A DNA stretch of 64,000 bases from Octopus sinensis (GCF_006345805.1 NC_043000.1:123690001-123754000), one strand, 5' to 3'. Shown: positions 1-11,984, counted from the first letter of the stretch. The notes: generated by a model from the letters alone, not told the origin. Numbers and translations: made by a program.

Positions 1-19
1 GTAGCCACAGGCCAACCAA

Positions 20-605
20 TCATTATCATCAACATCATCACTACCATCATCATTGTCATTACCACCACCACCACCACCGCCATCATCAACATCATCATCA
101 CCATCATTGTCATCATCACCACCACCACCACCATCATTGTCATTACTCCAACACCACTACCATCATCATTGTCATCACCACCACCACCACCATCATCATC
201 ACCATCATTGTCATCACCACCACCACCACCACCATCATCATTGTCATCACCACCACCACCACCACCACCATCATCATCATCACCATCATTGTCATGATCA
301 CCATCACCACCACCATCATCACCACCATTATCATTACTCCAACACCACTATCATCATCATTGTCACCACCACCATCATCACCACCACCACCACCACCATC
401 ATCACCACCATTATCATTACTCCAACACCACTACCATCATCATTGTCATCACCACCACCACCACTACCACCATCATCATCATCATCACCATCATTGTCAT
501 CATCATCACCACCACCACCATCATCACCACCACCGCCACCACCATCATCACCACCATTATCATTACTCCAACACCACTACCATCATCATTGTCATCATCA
601 CCACC

Positions 606-636
<31 letters not shown>

Positions 637-960
637 CCATCATTGTCATCATCACCACCACCACCACCATCATCACCACCATTATCATTACTCCAACACC
701 ACTACCATCATCATTGTCATCACCACCACCATCATCATCATCACCATCGTTGTCATCATCACCACCACCATCATCACCACCATTATCATTACACCAACAC
801 CACTACCATCATCATTGTCATCACCACCAATACCACCACCACCATCATCATCATCACCACCATTATCATTACTCCAACGCCACTACCATCATCATTGTCA
901 TCACCACCATCACCACTACTACCACCACCATCATCATCGTCATTATCATCGTTGTAGTAG
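20..960. repeat. compound (CAC/CAT)n trinucleotide repeat with a recurring higher-order block
   Basis: CAC/CAT triplets with a repeated marker accattatcattactccaacaccactaccatcatcattgtc; explains ORFs 53-979, 294-965, 143-334, 589-957 and 789-986. Confidence 0.95.
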
Positions 961-1318
961 CGTAGGAAAAAACAGATGAAGGACACTGTGTTGAGTGACT
1001 TGCAGCTGACACAAAAGTCACAGCTGAAATAAAAGTATAAAAAAAAAATTAAGCTGTTTATGAATTGAATACTCTTTTATGGTGTCATCTGGAATCCTGG
1101 AATGTGTGTATGAATGTATGTGTGTACGTGTGAATGTGTACATGTGTGCATGGTGTACAGAGTGATTTGGAAGAGTGAACAAGTCACAAATCTTTTCGCA
1201 AAAATTTTCATAAGTCTTTTCACAAATATGAAAGCAGTATTATGATTATAATACTAAATAGAGTGATTATAATCACTCTATTTGAACCTTGTAATTGTGT
1301 TGATAATATTTAATAAGG

Positions 1319-1915
1319 CAAAGGTAGTAAGCTGGCAGAAACGTTAGCACGCCAGGTGAAATGCTTAGCGGTATTTCATCTGTCGTTACGTTCTGAGTTG
1401 AAATTCCGCCGAGGTCGACTTTGCCTTTCATCTTCGGGGTCGATAAATTAAGTACCAGTTATGCACTGGGGTCGATGTAATCGACTTAATACCTATGTCT
1501 GTCCTTGTTTGTCCCCTTTGTCTTTAGCCCCTTGTGGGTAATACCGCTAAGCATTTCTCCTGCCGCTACGTTCTGAGTTCAAATTCCGCCAAGGTTGACT
1601 TTGCCTTTCATCCTTTCAGGGTCGATTAAATAAGTACCAGTTACGCACTGGGTTGGACATACTCGACTTAATCCGTTTGTCTGTCCTTGTTTCTCCTCTC
1701 TGTGTTTAACCCCTCGTGAGTAATAAAGAAATAGGTATTTCGTCTGTCTTAAGGTTCTGAGTTCAAATTCCACCAAGGTCAACTTTGCCTTTCATCCTTT
1801 CAGGGGTCGATTAAATAAGTACCAGTTATGCACTGGGGTCGATGTAATCAATTTTATGTCTGTCCTTGTTTGTACCCTCTATGTTTAGCCTCTTGTGGGT
1901 AATAAAGAAATAAAT
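1319..1915 (+). mobile_element. tandem array of ~3 partial copies of a SINE (head ggcggcgagctggcagaaacgttagc)
   Basis: Block gttctgagttcaaattccgccgaggtcgactttgcctttcatcc...ttagccccttgtgggtaataaagaaatag occurs three times. The same family recurs at ~12976-13180, 25123-25360, 34590-34822, 43295-43650(-), 50975-51105 and 56962-57375(-). Confidence 0.85.
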
Positions 1916-2397
1916 ATTTAATAAGGCAAAGGCAGCAAGTTGGCAGAAATGTTAGCATGCAAATGTTAGCATGCAAAATGTTAGCATGCAAAATGTTAGC
2001 ATGCAAAATGTTTAGCGGTATTTCATCTGATTCTTACTGTAGTCAGATGGACCCTCATAACCATTCAATGTTTTTAAAAATCCTGTTATATTTTTATGTT
2101 TAAATATTCTAAACTGTACTTAAAAAATGCCAAAATATTCTGTGTAAATTTTAACAACAGAATCTTTCATGGACTCCAGTTAAAAACCACTGGATTAGAC
2201 AAACGAGGAAGGATAGTACACATGACCCTTTTTTTTTTTTTAGCACCCTTAGACAAATAATAAGAAAGGATGAAGTTATCCTCAGATCAGAGATCAGAGT
2301 TGCTTTTACAGAATGAACTCTGCTAAAAGCACCCAAAGGCTCAGTGGCAGCTTTTAAACTGGGTAATAGAATAAATCTGTTACTGTTTAGCCCTATG

Positions 2398-2720
2398 TGA
2401 AGGTGTGTGGCTTAGCGGTTAGGGTATTCAGCTCCAAATCATTAGGTCATGAGTTCAATTCCCAGTGGCCTGTTGTGTCCTTGAGCAAGACACTTTATTT
2501 CACATTGCTCCTGTCCACTCAGCTGATAAAAATGAGTGGTACCTGTAATTCAAAAGGGCCAGCATTGTCACATTCTGTATCACACAGAGTCTATTTGAAA
2601 ACTACACCAAGGATAGGTGTGTCTGTGGAGTACTCAGCCACTTGCAAGTTAATTTCATGAGCAGGCTATTCTCTTGGTCTGATCAACTAGAACCTTCATC
2701 ATTTTAACTGATGGAGTCCC
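2398..2720 (+). mobile_element. tRNA-derived SINE (head ggcttagtggttaggg; body gtgtccttgagcaagacactttatttcac)
   Basis: A-box/B-box-like head (tggcttagcggttagg...gagttcaattccc) plus a body repeated at ~11145-11455, 44962-45452, 53570-53880 and 57440-57720. Confidence 0.8.
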
Positions 2721-2856
2721 AGGTGTTTAGCCCGAAATTAGCTCCGGTTGAGTATACCCATGATGAAAGACATTCCAGTTGTAGATATTCCACTTTTTTA
2801 GGTCTCTGTAGGACTACATAATCTATTGAAGGGACACATTTGGTAATGTAATTCTA

Positions 2857-3422
2857 TTGGGTTGTCCGGAAAGTTCGTGTCAATTTTTAAAGGAAAGAAA
2901 AAAGTCAATAAATACTTTCCATTACATTTTTAATCAACCAAATATGAACCATTTTGTTGCACAATGCGTCTCCATCTTTCCTTTAACTTGAAAATACCCT
3001 CTTCCCAGAACTGTGGTGGTTTCATGGCAAAGAATTCATCAAGGTATCTTTTTACGTCATCCAAGGAATTGAAATTTTTACCATTAAGACTATTCTGCAG
3101 AAACCTGAATAAGTGGAAATCTGAAGGAGTAATATCTGGTGAATATGGAGGGTGGGGTAACACATCCCAGCCGAGCTGCAGCAATTTTTGTCTGGTTCCC
3201 AAAGCATCAAGTGCCAAAAATGAACTTTCTTATCTTCCATTTTAAAGGGTTACAGAATTAACACAGGTTATAGGAACATAAATCTTCTTCCCTGAAAAGA
3301 TAGCTTAAACTGTGCTCTAAATGGAGGTGTAGTCAAATCCTATTTCATGGACTCAACCATGTTCTAAAATAAGTCAAAAGGTAAGCTACTATAAATCGGC
3401 ACAAACTTTCCGGACAGCCCAA
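2857..3422 (-). mobile_element. internally deleted mariner element
   Basis: TA at 2855-56 and 3423-24; ~30-bp imperfect TIRs (ttgggttgtccggaaagttcgtgtc / gcacaaactttccggacagcccaa). The minus ORF 2930-3217 encodes the transposase C-terminus LGWDVLPHPPYSPDITPSDFHLF...W. Confidence 0.93.
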
Positions 3423-3569
3423 TACATATGCTGAGTCTCTAATTGGCACAGTTATAATATCTATGTCCCAATTGATATGTAATAAATATGTAAAAATGGT
3501 TTAATGATCTGAAAGTCCAAATTGAATCATTAAAACTATTTTTAATTAGATTTATCTTTTGCTTTATAT

Positions 3570-3946
3570 CTTTTATTTGTCTTAGTCATCAAACTGCGGC
3601 CATGCTGGGGCACCATCTTGCAGAATTTTTAGTCGTTTAAATCAACCCCACCCCAGTACAAATTTTTTTAAGCCTGGTGCATATTCTGTCAGTCTCTTTT
3701 GCCAAACTGCTAAGTTACAAGGATGTAAGCAACACCAGTTATTGAGTGATTGTAGCTGAAAAACAGACACAAAGACACATACACACACACACACACACAT
3801 ATATATATAAAATATACAATGAGCTTCTTTCAGTTTCCATCCACCAAATCCACTCACAAATCCATGACCAAGGTGTCATGCTGTGGGACTGAACCTGGAA
3901 CTATGTGGTTCAGAAGCAAACTTCTTACCACACAGCCACGCCTGCA
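3570..3946 (-). mobile_element. tRNA-derived SINE, major family (head ggagtggctgtgtggtaag), degraded
   Basis: Reverse complement of the family seen full length at 22162-22552 and 42602-42995. Confidence 0.75.
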
Positions 3947-3989
3947 CCTATATGTATGTATATGCATATGTATGTTTATGTGTGTATGT

Positions 3990-4002
3990 CTGAGTGTGTG
4001 TG

Positions 4003-4048
<46 letters not shown>

Positions 4049-4201
4049 ATATATATTATATATATAGTGTGTGTGTGTGTGTATATGTATGTCTATATAT
4101 ATATGATATATATATATATATAGTGTGTGTGTGTGTGGTGTGTGCGTGTATATATGTATGTCTATATATATATGATATATATATATAATATATATATATA
4201 T

Positions 4202-4234
<33 letters not shown>

Positions 4235-4350
4235 ATATGTATGTCTATATATATATATATTATATATATATATATATAGTGTGTGTGTGTGTGTGTGCGT
4301 GTATATATGTATGTCTATATATATATGATATATATATATATATATATATT
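3990..4350. repeat. compound (TA)n/(TG)n microsatellite
   Basis: Direct inspection; source of ORFs 3905-4123, 3994-4188 and 4037-4411. Confidence 0.95.
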
Positions 4351-4620
4351 GATAAATATACATTTTGTTGAACTTTGGGAAGATTGCGAGGATAATGCAC
4401 CAATAAAACACATAAACTTCAGGTTAATTACCACTTGATTAAATAATCAGTCATTTAATTAATTAATCATTAATTGGTTTCTGAAAGTTATTATTAGCAA
4501 TGATGATGTACACTTGTTACATTTTCTTTTCTCTATTTATATAGATATTGATATATTGTATGTGTATATATCATCATCATCATCATACATATAATATTAA
4601 TAATAATAATAATAATAATA

Positions 4621-4848
4621 ATTGATATGACTGTCTGAATCGATATATACATATCTGTCAAGACCTACCAAAAACTGAGCAAGTATAAAGGTCTTGAAAT
4701 AGAAATTAGCAAAATGTGGAACCTGAAGACTAAAAGAATACCTGTTGTCATAGGTGCCCTGGGAATGATAGCAAAAGGGGCTGATTGCTACCTAGCTCAG
4801 ATACCAGGAAACCCCAAAATGGCAGAAATTCAAAAGGTAGTGCTATAA
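4621..4848 (+). mobile_element. fragment of a non-LTR retrotransposon with restriction-like endonuclease (REL) domain
   Basis: Translation IDMTV*IDIYISVKTYQKLSKYKGLEIEISKMWNLKTKRIPVVIGALGMIAKG...EIQKVVL resembles the ID..V..D....K..KY..L..EI..MW......P.V.GALG C-terminus of R2/R4/NeSL-type elements; one internal stop. Confidence 0.75.
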
Positions 4849-4989
4849 CTCTGTAAAGTGTCCATTCATTTCGAGCAGTGGTTTTCAGCCATTTATTAAC
4901 CTATGGACCCCTATCATACCTATTTTACTTGGGTGGATCCTCACCACAATTTGATGTCTGAAAAATCCTATAGTATTTTTATAATTAAC

Positions 4990-5375
4990 CTAGCAGTATC
5001 ACCCAGCATTGCTCGGGTTTGTTTCGACCCGCTGGAATTGGAATTTTTGAAAAGTAAAAATTTTGCATTATGTAGCTTATTATTAAAGTGAACATTTTTC
5101 TGGTTGAAATACACCGAAAAGTGGCGACACAGCAGTGAAAAAATGGTAAAAAATAGGGATTTTCATAGAAAAAAGCAGCTTTTTGATGTAAATAATTTTT
5201 GGTGTTAACATGGTCCGATTTGAATTTTATCTTCTACGGAAGGAAGAGCAAGCCTTCTTCTATCATACTCTCAATTTTGGTCAACTTGCGCCGCAGGGTC
5301 TCGGAGGAGATAGTGTTAGTTGAAGGCTACCAAACCTGCTGCACACAGACAACTTCAGCTTTATATAGAGAGAGA
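4990..5375 (-). mobile_element. non-autonomous Helitron-like element
   Basis: On the minus strand: A|TC 5' end (5376-5374), subterminal hairpin ACCCGAGC-AAT-GCTGGGT, CTAG 3' end (4993-4990). A piece of the same family is on the + strand at 29811-29878. Confidence 0.75.
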
Positions 5376-5580
5376 TAACACACACACATTAATACACATA
5401 CACACACACACACATGTATGTATGTATGTATATATGTACATCTGTCCACTTCTTGCCATATTTTGATCCTTCACTTCCTACACACACACACTCACACACA
5501 CATACAGACACACACACACACACACACACATACACACGCACCTTCTTAGCTTACAGTTTCTTTCTTTCAACAATTGACAA

Positions 5581-6661
5581 CTGAAGTACGCTCGCCAATT
5601 AATACTACCAAAATTTAGCAACAGAAAGTAAATAAAAAGCAATTTACCTTTTCTGTTGAGTTATGGCAATTCGACCGTCGGTGTGTGTTTGCAAATGTGT
5701 TCGAATGAGAAAGTGAATTGTGTTTGGCGCCTTTTTTACTAATAACAAACACACACATGTGTGTTTGAGTATTTGTATGTAGTTGTTTGAAACGTTTGTG
5801 CTTGTCACTGTCATATATGTATATGTTTGCGTGTGTATGTGTGTGTGTGAGGAATGGCAAACCAGATAGATAGAGTGCGAAGTTCTTTTGAAGTTCGCGC
5901 TCCGTTTGTGTGTGTGTGTGCGTGCTTTAGGTGTACGTAGGTATGTGTTTTTGTGTGTGTGTCACTGAAGCCATACACACACATATACATAACCTCTCTC
6001 TCTTCTTTTCTCTCTCAGTCACTCACTACAAAAAGTGAATAAAAAAAGTTCAGTTATCTCTGTCTTTCACACATACACACACAGCACAACATTACTCTCT
6101 CTGTCTCTTTACACACACTAACAAAAGCACTTCACTTACTCACCACACTTTCTGTGTCGCACACCCCATCAAACACACACACACACACACACACACACTC
6201 ACGCACGCACACATGTACATCAATGCTTCCGATGCACACCAACTTCAAAAGAACTTCCCGAAAAAAAATGCACGTGTATCTGTTTCCCCGCTTGCAAAGA
6301 GAAAGTAGGAGAAAGTGTGGTAATAGACGGAGGAAAGCATTTGAAATGAGAGAGGCAATCGTATATGTATATGTTTGCGTGTCTATGTGTGTGTACACTT
6401 GCAAAGAGAAAGTAGCAGAAAGTGTGGTAATAGAAAGAGTGAAGCATTTGAAGTGAGAGAGGCAAATCGTAAAATATTGAGTTTGATCTAATTTTTGCTT
6501 AATTGGGGGTCAACTTGAAAAAAATTTATATGCCATGACCCAATCGAATCTACTTCGAAAAATCATAGGTAAATTCCAATTGAAGAAATTGTATATTGTA
6601 CAATTGTGTTAAAAACGAACATGGTAACAGGCAGAGAAAATCTGCCTTTTATCATAAGAGA
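5581..6661 (-). mobile_element. Helitron-like repeat, second family (sibling at 28487-29345)
   Basis: Minus 5' end A|TCTCTTATGATAAAAGGCAGATTTTCTCTGCC with an aggcaga/tctgcct hairpin. Several hundred bp match 28870-29345 in inverted orientation. No clean 3' CTAG found. Confidence 0.55.
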
Positions 6662-6887
6662 TATTATTAGGAATTGCATTAAAAGATTGTAAAAATATTT
6701 TGTACCTTCTAGAAAAGCAATTTATTGCACATAAATTTTAATCTTATATGGAGTTAAAGAAATGAGACAGTGAAAGTGATGACTAGTAACAGACATGAAT
6801 AAGTGTTTGAAGTGAATGATGGATGTGAATACCAGGTGGTCTGGTAGGTGGGAGGAGTATAGGAGAGATAGTTGCAGATGTGTTTAA

Positions 6888-7973
6888 CCCTTTCGTTACC
6901 AAACCGCCCAAAGCCGCCCGAAAAAAATTTTGGTTTATGAGACCAAACCGCCCAAAGCCGCCCGAATTTACCTATTCATATTTAAATGAGAATATCAGAG
7001 CAAATCTCTTCAGTACATTCGTGAAAACACGTATTATACTTCGTAAACAGTTCAACTACAGTTTTGTACAATAATCGAAGTGTAATTTTCATTCCGTGAA
7101 TTTTGGGAGATTTTTTTCCGAAATTTGTTCCTATTGTGTTTTCAAAATTTGTAATTCTGACAAAAAATGGATACGAATTTCATTATATCAAGCAGCGAGT
7201 CAGAATTCGAAGGATTTTCTACTGAAGACCTTCATAAATCTAACTCTATGACTGAAAAAAAAAAGCACGTGGTATTTGATAATGAATCTGATGTTTCATT
7301 TTCCGAAAGTGAAAACAGTGAATCTGAGATCTCCGATAGCGATAAAGAAAACGAATTGGCACCTGAATGGAGTGAAAATTTAAAAACTGTTTCTTTCGGT
7401 GATTTTTCTGAAGAAACTGGACCAAGCCACAGACTTTCCCAGAAGGGTAAAGCCTTAGACTATATCTATTTACTTTTTCGAATGAGCCTATTTGAAATCA
7501 TTACGGCAGAAACGAACCGTTACGCTAAACGTAAACAAAGCGAAAGAAAGGATAGTTTGTGGTTTCCCACAACCTTAAATGAAATTAAGACTATTTTGCC
7601 ATAAATATTATTATGGGTATCAGAAAGTTACCCAGAATAACAAATTCTATCGTAAAATTTTCTTGTATACCCAATTGAATATTAGCTAATAACCCATTTT
7701 CTATAGCGATGTTTGAACAAAATTTTAATAATTTTATATTTTGTGGAATTTACCTGTATCTACCTGCAATTAGAGTCACTTTGTGACAAAAATTATAGTA
7801 TAGAATTGGTTGAGAATATTTCATTAAATTATCTTCCAAAAATCAGATTAATATATCGATAAATAAAAAAGTTATAGTTGTTTAATGAAACCAGACTAAA
7901 TTTATGATTACGTTAGAAATTAATTGAAACACATAAGGGGTGTAATTTGGTCAGAAATATAGTAACGAAAGGG
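6888..7973 (+). mobile_element. internally deleted piggyBac element with transposase N-terminal remnant
   Basis: TTAA at 6884-87 and 7974-77; 12-bp TIRs CCCTTTCGTTAC/GTAACGAAAGGG; subterminal direct repeat accaaaccgcccaaagccgcccgaa x2. ORF 7167-7604 has an acidic N-terminus then LF...EII.AETNRYA...W.PTT..EIK, continuing after a frameshift as FAINIIMGIRKLPR (piggyBac/PGBD4-like). Confidence 0.93.
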
Positions 7974-8074
7974 TTAAAGACAGGCAGGAGAGCTAGAGTG
8001 AATTGGCTGAAGTTTGATTTTTGCTGCTAATGTTATATCCTCAGTGAATCAGCTGCAAAGATAAATACTGTTTT

Positions 8075-8312
8075 AGCCTTCAAATGATGCCACCCCACTG
8101 GCTAAGTGAGCAGGCCAACAGAAGAAAGAGTGAGAGAAAGTTGTGGTGAAAGAGTACAGCAGGGATCGCCAGCCCCCCCCCCCCCTGCTGGAGCCTCGTG
8201 GAGCTTTAGGTGTTTTCGCTCAATAAACACTCACAACGCCCGGTCTGGGAATCAAAACTGCGATCCTACAACCGCAAGTCCGCTGCCCTAACCACTGGGC
8301 CATTGTGTCTCC

Positions 8313-8313
<1 letters not shown>
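8075..8313 (-). mobile_element. tRNA-derived SINE (head tggcccagtggttagggcagcggac)
   Basis: Pol III A/B-box-like head on the minus strand; a longer sibling is at ~19466-19968(-). Confidence 0.75.
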
Positions 8314-8362
<49 letters not shown>

Positions 8363-8539
8363 GGGCTTAGTAAAATAAATTACTTTGCCACATACTGAAC
8401 TTTCTAGAAATAGCAGCTAAAAAGTTTTTTAGCCATTTCCACTACTTTAAGAAAATTTCTCTCAGAAAATGTTTACTCATAAATAACTCACGAAGGTATG
8501 GAGGTAAAAACAGAAAAATATCACAAGTACAAAGATCAT

Positions 8540-8600
8540 TTGAGAACGTTAACGTTTCTAGATTAGCCAAATAAACTCAGCATTTCTTTCGTCAGCTCAA
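8540..8600 (-). ncRNA. type I hammerhead ribozyme motif (variant)
   Basis: Minus: TTGAG-CTGACGA-[30 nt]-GAAA-CG-TTAA-CG-T-T-CTCAA. 5-bp stem I, palindromic stem III (AACGTTAACGTT), GUU triplet; first stem II pair is A.A. Confidence 0.6.
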
Positions 8601-9276
8601 CATTTCTTAATTTGGATTTGGAAGCACTAAAAAGAAGAACATACCCTTCGGTGACATATCACCTCAGATGAACACGCTCAGACTGCCAGTACTAACAAAT
8701 TCAAAATGCGCAAGCGAAGATTCCTGCTCTCTCCCCTTCCACCCACGTGGGTTATCTAGTAAACATATATTTTAACGGTGAGAACCAAAGCAATAGAACA
8801 GAGAGAAATGAATTATAATATCAACAATTGAGGGTAAAATTAATTAGTTATTAATCAATTTCACCAAGTGGAAATGGCTAAAAAACTTTTTGGCTGCTAT
8901 TTCTAGAAAGTTCAGTATGTGGCAAAGTAATTTATTTTACTAAGCCCTAATTATATAATGTAATATTTTGAATTCGCCTTAAATGGTCCTTTTACATACT
9001 GAACACTACTTGGTGAAATTGATTAATAACTAATTAATTTTACCCTCAATTGTTGATATTATAATTCATTTCTCTCTGTTCTATTGCTTCGGTTCTCACC
9101 GTTAAAATATATGTTTACTAGATAACCCACGTGGGTGGAAGGGGAGAGAGCATGAATATTCGCTTGCGCATTTTGAATTTGTTAGTACTGGCAGTCTGAG
9201 CGTGTTCATCTGAGGTGATACGTCGCCGAAGGGTATGTTCTTCCTTTTAGTGCTTCCAAATCCAAATTAAGAAATG

Positions 9277-9337
9277 TTGAGCTGACGAAAGAAATGCTGA
9301 GTTTATTTGGCTAATCTAGAAACGTTAACGTTCTCAA
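9277..9337 (+). ncRNA. type I hammerhead ribozyme motif (variant)
   Basis: TTGAG 9277-81, CTGACGA 9282-88, GAAA 9319-22, CGTTAACGT-T, CTCAA 9333-37; predicted cleavage after 9332. Confidence 0.6.
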
Positions 9338-9865
9338 ATGATCTTTGTACTTGTGATATTTTTCTGTTTTTACCTCCATACCTTCGTGAGTTATTTATGA
9401 GTAAACATTTTCTGAGAGAAATTTTCTTAAAGTAGTGGAAATGGCTAAAAAACTTTTTGGCTGCTATTTCTAGAAAGTTCAGTATGTGGCAAAGTAATTT
9501 ATTTTACTAAGCCCTAATTATATAATGTAATATTTTGAATTCGCCTTAAATGGTCCTTTTACATACTGAACACTACTTGGTGAAATTGATTAATAACTAA
9601 TTAATTTTACCCTCAATTGTTGATATATATATATATAAAAAGGGGTTTGTATGATTGTGTATAGAGGGATATATATTATCCAAAGGAATTCCAACTCTGT
9701 CTGTTTTTTATGTTTTATTTATATTCTTTATAATATTAATGTAGAATATAGAATATATAGTATAAACAGTATATATATAGTGTAAAATGAAATGAAATAT
9801 TGAATATCAAATATTAAGGGACTAGTATACTTTCTTGCACTAAAGCAGTCTTCAAGGTCCCAGGT

Positions 9866-9921
<56 letters not shown>

Positions 9922-9929
9922 CATACATA

Positions 9930-10975
9930 TCAGGTCTATAAGTAAGTTGTTTTTTCTAGAAGGCTTTGAAGAAATAAAAAAAAAAAAAGCAAGTAATGTT
10001 CCAATTTAATCAACTATATATTCCTGATCTGAATCAATAACATTCTTCCAATGTTATAAAAGGCTTTTTTTATGCCATTCCTATAGAACTCAGCTGGTTT
10101 AGAAGACAAAAACTCTTCAAGGTCCATTTCAAGGGCCTCTAAGGAACTATATTCTTTTCCATTAATAAAATTCTACAAGCTTCAGAATAGATGATAATCT
10201 GAAGGGGCAAGGTCAGGAGAATATAGAGGATGTGGAAGCCTTTCCCCACCTAGCTCCTCAATCTTTGCACATGTGATTCTTGCACTAAGAATTCTGGCAT
10301 TGTCATGATGGAAAATAGCACCCTTTCGGTTGAGAGCACAACCTTTTTCCTGTAAGTTTTGTCATTCAGTTTATCAATTTGTTCACAGTACCCTTGAGTT
10401 GTAATTGTCTGGTTGTGTGGCAAGGTTTCAAAGTGTGTTACACCAAACATGTCCCACCAAATGCTTAACAAAACTTTTTGAGGATGAAAATCTTTTTTGG
10501 GATGGGGTCCTGTTTGTTCTCCTGGTTGAACCCATTGACATTGGTGTTTAACATTCTAAAAGAGTATCCACTTTTGTAACTGGTCACTAAGCAGTTCAAA
10601 AATGGAGATGTTTTTTCCCATATGAATAATAAAGAGCAGTGCAGATATTGACACATTCCCTTTGATTGTTTTCACTCAGTTCATGTGGAACCCACTTGTC
10701 AAACTTGGACATGATTCAAATTTCTTGCAAATGGTGACAGACAGTTGATGATGATAAATGAAACCCTTCAACAGTTACATATGGATTTCTTTCAGCAGTG
10801 GCTTTCAACACATCCTTATCCAAAGAGACAGAGCACCCAGAGCAGCGGACATCTTCTAGGCTAAAGTCACCTTGTTGAAATTTGTAGAACCATCATTGGC
10901 ACTTGCAAAAATTCAAAACACTTCTTGCGCACTTTTTACAGCATTTGTTACATTGCTGCCTTTTTTATACTCATA
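9930..10975 (-). mobile_element. degraded mariner transposase pseudogene
   Basis: Minus frames give WFYKFQQGDFSLED (HTH), MLSIWWDMFGVTHFETLPHNQTI...YC and LPHPLYSPDLAPSDYHLF, with stops and frameshifts. One TIR-like end after TA at 9928-29; other end not found. Confidence 0.88.
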
Positions 10976-11482
10976 AACTGTTTTGATCCATACATGTGAC
11001 TCCCAATAAATTGGTTGAGTGCTCTTCTTGCATTTGTCCACTCACTCGTGTCATCATCATCATCATCATCACCATCGGTTAATGATCATCTTCCATGCTA
11101 GCATGGGTATATATATATATATATATATATATACATACGTAGTGAGGGCACGTGGCTTAGTGGTTAGGGGCATTCGGCTCATGATCACAAGGTTGTGAGT
11201 TCGATTCCCAGTGACACATTGTGTCTTTGAGTAAGACACTTTATTTCACGTTGCTCCAGTCCACTTACCGAACAAAAATGAGTAGTACCTGTATTTCAAA
11301 AAAAGGGCCAGCCTTGTCACACTGAATCTCCCCAAGAACTACGTTAAGGGTACACATGTTTGAGGAGTGCTCAGCCACTTGCACGTTAATTTTATGAGCA
11401 AGCTGTTCTGTTGATTGTATCAGCTGGGACTTTCATCGTCGTAACCGATGGAGTGCTCTTATACATACATACACATATGTAT

Positions 11483-11515
<33 letters not shown>

Positions 11516-11945
11516 CTAGCAGTATCGCCCGGCGTTGCTCGGGTTTGTAAGGGAAATAACTATATAAGCATTTTTAGAGAGTTACTTCCCTTATAGATGC
11601 CAATTCGGGCTGGTCTCCTTGACAACGCTTTACGACGTTGATTTCCTTACACTCCCTTCCCCACAGCTTCACGAGGGAGGGAAGAAGGGGGAGAAGCAAA
11701 CAGGTGCAGGTGTGACCATGGACGCCAACTCCGCCGCCATCGACACACGAAAAATTATGCATTAAAATGGAATAAAAAATGATGTTAAATTATTTTTAAA
11801 ATCGTAGACTCATCGTAGACGCGCGCTAATACTCAGACGGGCTCGATATGAATTTGGTTAAACTGCACCGCAAAATGTGGGAGTAGTTAGGAATCTAAAT
11901 CGAAGGGGACAGACACTCACACAACTACAGTTTTATATATATAGA
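11516..11945 (-). mobile_element. non-autonomous Helitron with canonical termini
   Basis: Minus: A|TCTATATATATAAAA...CCCGAGC-AAC-GCCGGG hairpin-cgatactg-CTAG|T, i.e. inserted between A and T with no TSD. Confidence 0.85.
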
Positions 11946-11984
11946 TATACACACACACTCATGCATATATAAATATATCTTTTT

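Larger units (their letters stand above)
8358..9626. mobile_element. Penelope-like/retrozyme-like element: ~567-bp unit in tandem plus a 512-bp inverted copy, hammerhead-bearing
   Basis: 8358-8869 is the reverse complement of 9008-9519; 8871-9437 is repeated from 9438 to ~9626; (TA)n on both flanks; HHR motif in each arm. Confidence 0.8.

Noticed and set aside
53-986. 308-aa and overlapping poly-His/Pro/Thr ORFs
   Set aside because: Entirely produced by a CAC/CAT trinucleotide repeat; no start context, splice sites or non-repetitive domain.
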